Of a stretch of DNA of 50,893 bases, positions 28,401-37,534 are shown one piece after another. Under the pieces are notes generated by a model. The model saw only the letters and a program-made list of their open reading frames with translations. It searched no databases and had not been told where the DNA came from. Position numbers and translations under genes: made by a program. The stretch spans positions 1-50,893 of the forward strand of contig CAYJRR010000012.1 in NCBI GenBank assembly GCA_964372275.1. The letters run 5' to 3'. The stretch is from an uncultured bacterium. Lineage in GTDB: Bacteria > CAYJRR01. Each line of letters starts with the position of its first letter. Position 1 is the first letter of the stretch.

Positions 28401-28472
28401 AAGCTCGAGGAGCTGCGCGCCCTGCCCGGCTGGAAGAACGTCCTGATCCATTTCACCATCGGCGATTTCTGA
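25458..28472 (+). CDS. Omp85-family outer membrane protein (TamA/BamA-like) with multiple POTRA domains
   Basis: Signal peptide, repeated POTRA motifs (ISFEGD, IEIAGN, VIVKGNEFTRRDVI), HRNLFG, DRRDDRVNPTDG, FHLGGTGSVRGF, TPIGPIKFDFG, terminal Phe. Confidence 0.9.
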   Translation: MSPAAALLLAALALESGGVPARSAVEALRRADGSELAGTKVTSVSVVVPREARTVELERFLEIRKGDRFSARQVRRTIEVLAKLGDFAEIGVEARRNTEGVDLTIRLVPVPRVRRITVKGFTPASRVTAALGVSAGDPVPSETELERMAVDARDALIREGWRRAAVEVEAATNAAGEALVNVRVEPGVRSHIRSISFEGDMAYDEAELLRRSGLKVGNPLTDRALNAARSRILELHRSDDFLEARLPLDPPRMAQTDSAGNARVVVLVSSGERIDLQFDKRPLAERDRLTDPLWWYHFRDDRLKSYLDLASESQFTEGFGEEASERLAARYRRRGYLEASVAATYEVQPSKRRKSFRFKIDPGRRFKLRSVELVGEVESLPSDVVRGLRNELPVGLPGMAAGHFLPEEVDGAVAHLVDYLRSLGYAEARIEAREPRVDRARRKVDLELAVEPGPRLVVGKIEIAGNQQASADALRTALAQPAVGIRTGQPLNAVSLERVGQAVESYYASIGLPYARAESSTVTVKGVVDLSIRVDEGLQAFVGRVIVKGNEFTRRDVIDRILPVRTGLPYTPALIASGGRALTNLGTFSRVSIAPFEDEEPERVRDIRVGVSEANRKLLEPSIGASNQDGPRLGLRAVHRNLFGSAKSISLRWQANWRWDGILADSKLNRLEPAVDYSKIEQRMLLTYAQPLTFRRPVTTSMTASLFEKEESRSFGYSGNRVIVAADRGIDVSTGPLREASVKLIGSYQMFLRDVEYEDRSRQEAVAVEPADFPLDPSASMYYWPFRWKIASLSAGTFVDRRDDRVNPTDGYTFTLNADLAARAFGSDVSFGRVTGSLSWFRPGPGGLNVAATARGGYAVPLFASRGIPVDQRFHLGGTGSVRGFAESSIGPRFASGSDFSTGGNLAGSYNLELRHRLALGLDGVIFHDAGTTVLLDRSPIRPDRGTLENPDSLSTGVGVGLRIPRTPIGPIKFDFGVDTDKLEELRALPGWKNVLIHFTIGDF

Positions 28473-29582
28473 TCCCGCCGGGGCGGAGGGCTGGAGGACC
28501 TCCTTGGCAATGGAGCGGAGGCCCGAGAGCACCCGCCAGGCGACGGCGGCTGCGCCGGGTCGGAGCGCGATCACCGAGAGCGTGCTCCGGCCGAAGCGCG
28601 TCCACCGTCGCTTGTACTCCTCGTCCCCCCGCAGGAAGTCGAACTCGCGCAGGCCCATCTCGATCGAGCGGCGGATCGCGTGCGCCATCAGGGCGTAACC
28701 GACGCCGTGGTCGGAGGCCGCCGGATCGAATCCGGACTGGTAGTAGAAGAACCGCCGCCCGTCGCGAAAGCCGTACAGGGCGGCGACGTCGCGGCCGCCC
28801 AACGCCAGTGTCCAGAACCCGAGTCGCCCCTCGGCGTCGAAGAGGGGCGCGATCCGGTGATGGAAGCGGCGGATCCGGGGATCCTCGAAGTTGCCGGCGC
28901 GTCGACGGGCGCTCCACCGCGCGTGGTGCAGCGCGAACAGCGTCTCCAACGCGCGGGCGACCTCGTCCGCGCCGTGCCGTTCGCGGAACTCCGCCCCCTG
29001 ATCGCGCAGCTTTCGCTCGCGGCGGCGCACGTTGGAGCGGGTGTTTCGCGACGCGCCGGCGAGGAACTCCCCCCACCGCCTCGGCAGTGGAAGATAGGGG
29101 CAGTGCTGGTCCTTCCCCGGATGGAGCGTCAGCCCGCGAGCGGCCGCCGTCCGGGCGAGCGCGTGCAGGGTGGGGGCCCCTTCCCTCAGATCGGACCAGC
29201 GGAGGAGATCCCACCGGTCGGCGTTGCGGAGGAGCCAATCGAGGACGGCATCAAAGACGGCCGATTCGGATCCGGTCCGGGAGACGAGGTCGAGGTAGTC
29301 CCCGGTCACCCCCTCTCGGCCCAGGAACGACATCTCCACCATCGGAAGGAGACCGTGCTCGCGAATCGGCGTCGCGCACAGCGGGGCGTAGCCGACGACC
29401 GTCGGACCGGACCGCACCTCCAGGACGTACAACTCTCGCCCCGCTCCGAACTCGCGCCACCACGCCGACAGCCAGGCGTGGCGGAGGAAGGGGACCTCCG
29501 CGGTCGACGCGGCGAGGAGCTGGTCCCAGGCTCGCTCCGAGCCGAGGAACTCGTCTTCGCCGATCCGACGGACGGTCAACAT
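27969..29582 (-). CDS. CelD/BcsL-type GNAT acetyltransferase (frame runs on antisense into the Omp85 gene)
   Basis: PFLRHAWLSAWW, DYLDLV, YYQSGFDP, REFDFLRGDEEYKRRW; ATG at 29582 overlaps upstream stop; first in-frame stop is at 27969. Confidence 0.85.
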   Translation of the reverse strand: MLTVRRIGEDEFLGSERAWDQLLAASTAEVPFLRHAWLSAWWREFGAGRELYVLEVRSGPTVVGYAPLCATPIREHGLLPMVEMSFLGREGVTGDYLDLVSRTGSESAVFDAVLDWLLRNADRWDLLRWSDLREGAPTLHALARTAAARGLTLHPGKDQHCPYLPLPRRWGEFLAGASRNTRSNVRRRERKLRDQGAEFRERHGADEVARALETLFALHHARWSARRRAGNFEDPRIRRFHHRIAPLFDAEGRLGFWTLALGGRDVAALYGFRDGRRFFYYQSGFDPAASDHGVGYALMAHAIRRSIEMGLREFDFLRGDEEYKRRWTRFGRSTLSVIALRPGAAAVAWRVLSGLRSIAKEVLQPSAPAGSEIADGEMDQDVLPAGQGAQLLELVGVDAEVELDRTDRSAGDPQPDPDAGAQRVGILERSPVGPDRTPVEEDGRARVVEDHSVEPQREAVAELEVVGSGEVPAGGEVRAGGEARADGGLREPADRAGSAEVEALVDRDPPGGEQRDGITSARGGGDVQAARSGPEPG

Positions 29583-30919
29583 GGCGTCGGCCCCGCTTCG
29601 GCGCGCAGCTCCCGTCGGGCCTGCACCGCGAGGCTGCCTGCGATCCCGGTCACCAGATAGACGAGCTCCATGTCGGCGCGCGAAAGGAACTGGCTCCCCA
29701 CGAGGTAGGCGACCAACGACAGGAGCAGCCCCTGGGAGAGGGCGACGATCCAATCGACGCGTCGGGCGCGATCCCGGTCGGGACGCCACGACCCACGCAG
29801 GCGGCGCCAGGCGGCGGAGTAGCGTGCCGGCGCGCGCAGACAACGGTCCCGCAGCGCCGATGCGCGCCGCGCCGTTCCGGCCGTCTGCACGACAGCGAGG
29901 CCGAGGAGCGCCGCGAAGAGGAGGGCCGCCGGCAGACCCGACTCGGCGAGGAGCTGGAGGAACGAGTTGTGTGCGACGTGCGGGGCGCGCGGATCGGTAC
30001 GGTAGCGGGGGTAGACGGCGAGGAAGTTGCCGGGGCCGACCCCGGTGATCGGCCGTTCGCGGGCGATGCGCGTCGCGACCCTCCACGACGAGAGTCGGTC
30101 CCGCGCGCTGGAGTCGAGGTGGTAGGCGCGGATCGTCGTCATCCGCTGCAGGTAACCGGACGGCGCCCAGGCGAGAAACGCGGCCGCAGCGAGCGGGATC
30201 GCCAGTGCCTTCGCCCACCGGCGGCGGCCGAGCAAGGCGAGTCCGGCCCCCACCGAGCACAACGCGAGGAACCCTCCGCGCGAGCCGGTGAGCACGATCG
30301 CCAGCAGGACGAACGGGATGGGGAGGGTGAGCGCCAGCCGCCTCCAGCGTTCGGACGGCGCGCGGCGGAAGCAGAGCAGCATCGGCAGCGCCATCGTCAT
30401 CGCCAGCGCGAAGTCGTTGGAGTCCCGGAACTTCCCTCCCGGTCCGGTCAGACGCCCCTGGTCCCAGACCGGGTCGATCACGCGAAGGACGGCCATCGCT
30501 CCGAGCGACAAGGCGGCAGCCGTCGCGACGGCGCGGATCCTCGAAGGCCGATCGCAGAGCGCCACGGTGAGCGCCGACGGAAGCACGATCTCGGCGAGCT
30601 CGCGCAGGTCGCTCCACGCGAGCGCCGGGAAGACAGCCGTCCGGCACGACAGGAGCACCGCGCCCACGTAGAGCGCGGCGAGCAGAAACCAGGCGTCGTG
30701 GGCGCGCGGACGTTCCCGTCGCCGGACCGTCGCCAGGATCACTCCCACGGCGGTCGCGGCGAAGACCAGGATCGAGAGTCGCGCCCCCAGCGCGATCCCC
30801 CCCACGAAGTTCTGCGGCCGCAGGCAGGAGAGCACGGTGTAGAGGACGCACCCGGCGAACGGCCGGAGGACGGCGACCGGAAGGAGGAGGAGCACCAGGC
30901 CGACGAGGAGGAAGTCCAT
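29576..30919 (-). CDS. O-antigen ligase / Wzy_C family membrane protein (resembles PEP-CTERM-associated O-glycosylation ligases)
   Basis: Many TMs, DSNDFALAM, TGSRGGFLAL, DSSARDRLSSW, GVGPGNF, AHNSFLQLLAESG. Confidence 0.88.
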   Translation of the reverse strand: MDFLLVGLVLLLLPVAVLRPFAGCVLYTVLSCLRPQNFVGGIALGARLSILVFAATAVGVILATVRRRERPRAHDAWFLLAALYVGAVLLSCRTAVFPALAWSDLRELAEIVLPSALTVALCDRPSRIRAVATAAALSLGAMAVLRVIDPVWDQGRLTGPGGKFRDSNDFALAMTMALPMLLCFRRAPSERWRRLALTLPIPFVLLAIVLTGSRGGFLALCSVGAGLALLGRRRWAKALAIPLAAAAFLAWAPSGYLQRMTTIRAYHLDSSARDRLSSWRVATRIARERPITGVGPGNFLAVYPRYRTDPRAPHVAHNSFLQLLAESGLPAALLFAALLGLAVVQTAGTARRASALRDRCLRAPARYSAAWRRLRGSWRPDRDRARRVDWIVALSQGLLLSLVAYLVGSQFLSRADMELVYLVTGIAGSLAVQARRELRAEAGPTPC

Positions 30920-30933
30920 CGGTCAGGCCCCGC

Positions 30934-32253
<1,320 letters not shown>

Positions 32254-33015
32254 CTACGCCCCGTTCAACACCAGGCCGCAGACCTTTCCTTCGCCGATCC
32301 GGTCGAACGCGCGTTCGATCTCCCGCGCGGCCGTCTTCGCCGCCCGGACGATCAGCAGCGCGCCGTCGACGTGCGATGCGACTGCGGCGGCGTCGATCGA
32401 CCGCTCGAGGGCCGTGGTGTCCACGAGCACGACGTCGAAGACGGTGGCCAGCCGGTCGATCGCCGCGCGTATCGCGTCGCCGTGCGCCATCGGATCGAAG
32501 TCGATGGCAGACGGATCTCCGGCCGACAGCGCGAACAGGCCCTTCGGCTCGGCGGCGAACAGCGCGCGCTCCAGCGACGTCCGTCCGGCCAGCACGTCGG
32601 CCAGTCCGACCGGGGCCTCGGCGTCCAACAGCTCGGCGACGCGAGGCGATTCGAAGGCCGCGTCGACGACCGCCACCCGCCGGCTTCCATGGGCCACCAG
32701 CGCCCGCGCCGCATTGACCGCGAGCAGGCTCTTGCCGTCCCCCTTCCCCGGCGAGACGACGGCGATCGTCCGGGTTCCGTTCTGTTCCCGCACGCGATCC
32801 AGGGCGAATCGAAGCTCGCGATGCGCCTCTCGGAAGCCGGGCGGCACGGCGGTCACGCCGACCCGTGGTCCGCGAGCGGGTCGCGCCGACGGCACGCGCG
32901 GCGACACGGCGGCGAGCGAGAAGGCGGCCGTCCGGCGCGCCGGCTCCTTCACCGCGACGTCGATCGGCGGTCGCGGATCGACGATCGACTTGGGTTCGCG
33001 CTCGAATCCGCTCAT
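32254..33015 (-). CDS. Stand-alone CpsD/CapB-family BY-kinase homolog, no tyrosine cluster
   Basis: Walker A SPGKGDGKS, A' VVDAAF, B VLVDT, GLADVL, DGALLIVRA, GLVLN; no Tyr in the translation. Confidence 0.85.
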   Translation of the reverse strand: MSGFEREPKSIVDPRPPIDVAVKEPARRTAAFSLAAVSPRVPSARPARGPRVGVTAVPPGFREAHRELRFALDRVREQNGTRTIAVVSPGKGDGKSLLAVNAARALVAHGSRRVAVVDAAFESPRVAELLDAEAPVGLADVLAGRTSLERALFAAEPKGLFALSAGDPSAIDFDPMAHGDAIRAAIDRLATVFDVVLVDTTALERSIDAAAVASHVDGALLIVRAAKTAAREIERAFDRIGEGKVCGLVLNGA

Positions 33016-34190
33016 GGCGTCGTCTCCTTGGCGCGCGGAATGGCGGCGAGCACCGGCACCCCGAATCGCGCCTTCAGTTCCTCGGGTTCGCGGAACGACT
33101 CGTCGAAGTGGTCGCGGACGATCGCCAATGCGATCCCCAGGGCGAGGCCGACGGCGATCGCCACCGCCAGGATCGGACCACGGGCGGGGCGGAACGGCCG
33201 GACCGGCGGCGTCGCCGGGTCGACGACCCGGAAGAGGGAATCGAACCGGGCGCGGTCGAGGCCGACGCGCAGCGCCGCCTCCTGCTTTCTCCGCAGCAGG
33301 TCGTTGTAGGCGATCATCCCCGCGCCGTACTCGCGTTGCATCTCCTGGAGCCGTCCTTCGACCTCGCCGGCGCGCGCCAGCAGCGATTCGGAGCGGCCGA
33401 TCAGCCCGTCGATCTTCGAACGTTCCGCCCGCAGTCCCCGGATCTCGGCCAGGAGCGCTTCGAATTCCGGACCGCGGAAGAGGGGCGGGGTGCTCGCCTC
33501 GGCGAGGCGGACGCGTTCGGAGGCGCGCTCGAGCGCCAGGGTGTTGACCCGCAGGTCCCCCTGCCAGCGCTCGATGGCGCGAAGCGTCCCTTCGGTCTGG
33601 CCCGGCAACGCCCCCATGTTCTCGGTGCGGAAGCGTTCGATCTCTCGATCTTGTCGATCGAGCGCGGTCCCCGCCGCCTGGAGCTCGGCGGCGAGGAGCC
33701 GGTTGGTCTCCTCGCCGTGCGCGTCGCGCTGCCGGCGGTGCTCCGCGAGGAGCGATTCGGCGAGCCGGTTCGCGGCGGCGGCTGCGCGCGCGGGATCCGG
33801 ATGGACGAAGGAGACGCGGAAGGTGTCGAACCCGACGATCTCGGTGGAGAGCGCCTCGCGCGCGGCGCCGCCGGGCTCCGATGCGTCCGGGAACAGGGCG
33901 AGCTCGTCGGCGAGCCTCCCGAGTCGCTCGGCGGTGAACACCTGCGCCGACAGCAGCTCGAGGAAACGCGCCAGCTCGGGCACGACCACCTTGTCGACGA
34001 AGTCCTTGGTGTTCGACGTGGAGGCGTCGGCCAACACCAACGCCGACGCCCGGTAGCGCGGCGTGGTCAGGAACGCCTGTTGCGCCCCCACCGTCAGCGC
34101 CAGGGCGGAGGTCGTCGCCACGATCCATGCGTGACGGCGGCAGCTGCGGAGGTAGTCCTTGAAGGTCGGTTCGTCGGAGAGTTGGATCAT
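33012..34190 (-). CDS. Polysaccharide co-polymerase (Wzc/GumC N-domain, PCP)
   Basis: Two TMs flanking a coiled coil, TPRYRASALVL, FRVVDPATPPVRPFRP, C-terminal FDESFREPEEL..GVPVLAAIP. Confidence 0.88.
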   Translation of the reverse strand: MIQLSDEPTFKDYLRSCRRHAWIVATTSALALTVGAQQAFLTTPRYRASALVLADASTSNTKDFVDKVVVPELARFLELLSAQVFTAERLGRLADELALFPDASEPGGAAREALSTEIVGFDTFRVSFVHPDPARAAAAANRLAESLLAEHRRQRDAHGEETNRLLAAELQAAGTALDRQDREIERFRTENMGALPGQTEGTLRAIERWQGDLRVNTLALERASERVRLAEASTPPLFRGPEFEALLAEIRGLRAERSKIDGLIGRSESLLARAGEVEGRLQEMQREYGAGMIAYNDLLRRKQEAALRVGLDRARFDSLFRVVDPATPPVRPFRPARGPILAVAIAVGLALGIALAIVRDHFDESFREPEELKARFGVPVLAAIPRAKETTP

Positions 34191-34193
34191 CGT

Positions 34194-35399
34194 TTAGTCT
34201 CGTGGCTCCGCGATGGTCAGGGAGAGGAAGACGAGGTTCTCGTCGTAGGGGAGGTAGGCGCGGCCGTCGGAGGTCATTCGCGTCGATTGCCATCCCAGTC
34301 TCGCGGTCGATCGCTCGGTGAAACGGAAGCCGCCGGCCGCCCCGACGCGCGCGATCGTCGCTTCGCCGAGCGGGTGGTAGCGGGCGAACAGCGATCGCTC
34401 GCGCGCGGCGGCGGCGAATCCGGAAAGCTCCCACCGCGGTCCGGCCGACCGCGTGCCCGAGAGACGTCCCTCCCGGTGCCGCGCGGCCGGGGCGGCGGTG
34501 AGGGTGAGGTGGACCCCCTCCTCGAACGACAGCTCGACGTGCCCGCGGTCGCTCGATCGCCGAGCGACCAGGCTGGCCGACCATCCCAACCTCGGAGGGA
34601 GGTGGTCGGCGGGGGCGTGGCTCCAGGTCGCGCCGGCGCGCGCCTGCACCGAGGTCCGTCCCTCGACGTCCCACTCGACGAGGCTGCCGGTCTCGAGGGC
34701 CGTGACGGTCGGGCCGACTTCGTAGCCGGAGCGCCGGGCGGTGGCGAACAGCCCGGCATTCGCCGGCTCGGAGACGACGGCGAGGAGCTCCGTCGAGAGC
34801 TCGGTCACCTCGCGGCCGCTCATCCATCGGGCGGGGATCGGCGCTCCCCGATCGGTGCGGCGGTCCCCGTAGCGGAGACTGGTGTGCGCCGCGATCACCC
34901 GCGCGCGGACGATCTCGCTTGGGCGGTCCTCGACCAGGATCCGCCCCATCCACCGCGTGGTCGTCGCACGAACGAACGACGGCAACGACGAGCCGTCGGG
35001 AACGGCGAGCGCCAAGCGGTACGGGATCCTGGGGTCGTGGCGGTCGGGCGCGTGCGAGGCCTGACCGCGGAAGCGCCACCGACCGCGCTCCGTCGGTCGA
35101 CCGTCGGCGTCCGCCGTCGCGGCGACGCGCGTTCCCGCGCGCCGGTCCCCGTCGCGGCCTTCGACGCCGGCGACCGCCTCGATCCCGACCCGGGTGGTGG
35201 GAAGCGTCGCGGCGAGGCGTCCCCCCAGGTCGATCGATGCCGAGGACTCGGGGACCGGGCCGGCGTCGGGCGGACGCTGGCCGGCGTTGTCGGTCGACGT
35301 CGCCGACACCGAGACGGCCGGCGACACCCGCACGTCGGCCGCCGCGAGCGCAGACGATGGGACGAGCCCGGCGCAGGCCGCGAGCAGCGATCCCTTCAT
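34194..35399 (-). CDS. Putative outer-membrane beta-barrel of a polysaccharide export cluster
   Basis: Signal peptide, VSPAVSVSATSTDN start, alternating beta strands, YDENLVFLSLT near the C-terminus; lies between OPX and PCP. Confidence 0.7.
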   Translation of the reverse strand: MKGSLLAACAGLVPSSALAAADVRVSPAVSVSATSTDNAGQRPPDAGPVPESSASIDLGGRLAATLPTTRVGIEAVAGVEGRDGDRRAGTRVAATADADGRPTERGRWRFRGQASHAPDRHDPRIPYRLALAVPDGSSLPSFVRATTTRWMGRILVEDRPSEIVRARVIAAHTSLRYGDRRTDRGAPIPARWMSGREVTELSTELLAVVSEPANAGLFATARRSGYEVGPTVTALETGSLVEWDVEGRTSVQARAGATWSHAPADHLPPRLGWSASLVARRSSDRGHVELSFEEGVHLTLTAAPAARHREGRLSGTRSAGPRWELSGFAAAARERSLFARYHPLGEATIARVGAAGGFRFTERSTARLGWQSTRMTSDGRAYLPYDENLVFLSLTIAEPRD

Positions 35400-35926
35400 G
35401 GCACGACGAGCGTGTCGCCCGTGTCGAGGGTGAAGTCCTCCGCCTCGCCGGCGACGAGCCGGTCGAAGTCGACCCGAACACGCGTGCCGGTGGCGCCGCG
35501 CACGAGGACGAGCCGGCTGCGTTTCGCCCACGGCGTGAACCCCTTGGCCATCGCCAGCGCCTGCAGCACCGTCGGCGGGCTTCCGACCTTGAACATGCCG
35601 GGCGCCGTCACCCGACCGAGCACGTAGACCCTCAACGAATTGATCTCGCTCACCGTCACCGTCACGTGGGCGTCGGGAACGAAGGGGACGAGTCTCTTTC
35701 GGATCTCCTCGGCAACCTGGACGGCGGTACGCCCCGCCGCCGTCACGTCCCCCACCAGCTTGGCCGAGATCCGCCCGTCCGGACGCACCACCGCCGGGCC
35801 GGACAACTCCGCGTAGCGAAGGACGTCGATCTGGAGGACGTCCTCGCGCCCGATCTCGTAGTCGGCGGCGGCCGCGGTCGGTACGGACAACAGGCCTGCG
35901 ATCGCGGCGGCTGTGAGCGCACGCAT
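35396..35926 (-). CDS. Short OPX (Wza-like) polysaccharide export protein, 176 aa
   Basis: YEIGREDVLQIDV, VRPDGRIS, VYVLGRVTAPG, VLQALAMAKGFT, ends LDTGDTLVVP; GGAGG RBS. Confidence 0.92.
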   Translation of the reverse strand: MRALTAAAIAGLLSVPTAAAADYEIGREDVLQIDVLRYAELSGPAVVRPDGRISAKLVGDVTAAGRTAVQVAEEIRKRLVPFVPDAHVTVTVSEINSLRVYVLGRVTAPGMFKVGSPPTVLQALAMAKGFTPWAKRSRLVLVRGATGTRVRVDFDRLVAGEAEDFTLDTGDTLVVP

Positions 35927-35970
35927 GAGATGCCACCTCCGGCGGAAGCGGTGAACGGGAGGAAAGAGTT

Positions 35971-36333
35971 CTACGTTCCCTGTTCTTGGGAGCGGCCGCG
36001 GCGGGTGGCAAGGCGCAAGTCGGTCAGAAACCACACCGAAGCCGCGATCCATGCGATCGGACCGAGTTCCCCCGCATCGCCGTCGCCGCGCAACGCGTAG
36101 TGGAGGACCGCCGCGGCGAGGAAGAGGAGCGATGCCAGCTGGCCCACCCGTCCACCCGCCAGGAGGCCCAGGATCGCCGCGCAATTCAACGCGACCAGGA
36201 TCGGATCGACACCGGGCCACGGCCTCGACGCCAGGAAGATCGCGTGTGCCAGGAAGAGGAGGAGGAGCGCTCGGCGGGCGAGGGGGGCGGGTTCGAACTC
36301 CACGGTCGGTCGCACGATCGTCCCTATGCCCAT
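35971..36333 (-). CDS. Small hypothetical membrane protein (~4 TM, 120 aa)
   Basis: ATG after GAGGGGG; four hydrophobic segments; same strand as, and just upstream of, the OPX gene. Confidence 0.55.
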   Translation of the reverse strand: MGIGTIVRPTVEFEPAPLARRALLLLFLAHAIFLASRPWPGVDPILVALNCAAILGLLAGGRVGQLASLLFLAAAVLHYALRGDGDAGELGPIAWIAASVWFLTDLRLATRRGRSQEQGT

Positions 36334-36360
36334 GCCCCCCTCGGACGGTAGACTTCCCCG

Positions 36361-37368
36361 ATGGCCTGCGCCTTCGCGCTCCCGGGGGGAGTCCCCCCCT
36401 ACCGTTCCGCTCTCCGTCTTGCGCTCGCGATCGGTCTGTCGTTCGCCGCCGCGCCTCCGGCAGGGGCCGAACCGGCTCGTCCGGTCTCGATCCGCGGGAA
36501 GGCCGATCCGTGCACGATCGTGCGGATCGTCGACGGGGACACCGCCGACGTCCGGATCGGCGAAAAGACGGAACGGCTGCGCCTGCTGGCGATCGACACC
36601 GAGGAGTCGTGGCCCAGCGCGCACAAGCCGGTGACGCCGTTCGGGCTGGAGACCTCCAAGTGGGCAAAGGCGTTCCTGGCCAGCGAGGAGCCGTGCTTCG
36701 TCGAATACGGGGCCGAGCGGCGCGATGTCTACGACCGGCTGCTTGCCTACCTGTGGCGCCGCGACGGCGACGACTGGAAGATGTACAACCTCGAGTCGGT
36801 CGAGCTCGGCTACTCCCCGTACTTCACCAAGTACGGATACTCGGAGCACCACCACGAGGCGTTCGTCGCCGCGGAGAAGCGCGCGCAGAAGGCGCAGAAG
36901 GGGATCTGGGATCCGGGTCTCGCTGCCGACCTCCGCGGAAAGTATCTCGGCCCCGGGGGTCTCCGGGCCTGGTGGGATGACCGCGCGGAGGCGCTCAAGG
37001 GGTTCCAGGCGATCGCCCAGGGCCGCCGCGATCTGCTCGACCTGCGCACGCGCGGCGAGGAGATCCGCCGCCGGGCGGGCGCGCGGCTGACCGTCTTTAC
37101 CGCCATCCGCGAGTGGAAGCAGGACGGATCGCAGTGGGTCGGTTCGTGCGAGTCGAAGCTCCACGAGCCGTTCCAGGTCGTCGCCGCCGACGGCGCCGAT
37201 CCCGCGGTCGAGACGACCCTCAAAGCGGCCGTCGGGCGGTATCGCTACTTCCGCGGCGTCGTCGCCATCGCCGAGGACGGAAAGACGCTGCGCCTCGCGG
37301 TGGAGCGGCCGGCGGACATTCAGATCGCCCCGCCGCCCAAGCCGGGGACGACGGCCTCCGCGAAGTAG
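36361..37368 (+). CDS. Exported thermonuclease (SNase family) with C-terminal extension
   Basis: IVDGDT, LRLLAIDTEE, RDVYDRLLAY, AEKRAQKAQKGIW; signal-like N-terminus. Confidence 0.88.
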   Translation: MACAFALPGGVPPYRSALRLALAIGLSFAAAPPAGAEPARPVSIRGKADPCTIVRIVDGDTADVRIGEKTERLRLLAIDTEESWPSAHKPVTPFGLETSKWAKAFLASEEPCFVEYGAERRDVYDRLLAYLWRRDGDDWKMYNLESVELGYSPYFTKYGYSEHHHEAFVAAEKRAQKAQKGIWDPGLAADLRGKYLGPGGLRAWWDDRAEALKGFQAIAQGRRDLLDLRTRGEEIRRRAGARLTVFTAIREWKQDGSQWVGSCESKLHEPFQVVAADGADPAVETTLKAAVGRYRYFRGVVAIAEDGKTLRLAVERPADIQIAPPPKPGTTASAK

Positions 37369-37534
37369 CCCGGCGGCGGGTCGCTCGCGGCCGGGATGCA
37401 CCGGGTCGGGACACCGGCGCCTCACCGGTTCGTTCGTTCCCCTGCCCACGAGAACCCCGGAAGCGAGGAACGGCCGTCGAAACGTGCAGTTGTGACGCGT
37501 CGGGGTCGGCGCGGATCCTGCTATTTCCGGGGTG

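Noticed and set aside
36361-37368. Nuclease plus small membrane/small ORF genes as a defence or toxin-immunity system
   Set aside because: The nuclease is an exported SNase type, the membrane gene is divergent, and no defence hallmark domains are present.
37369-37395. GC hairpin after the nuclease gene as an intrinsic terminator
   Set aside because: Imperfect stem with no U-tract; cannot be supported.
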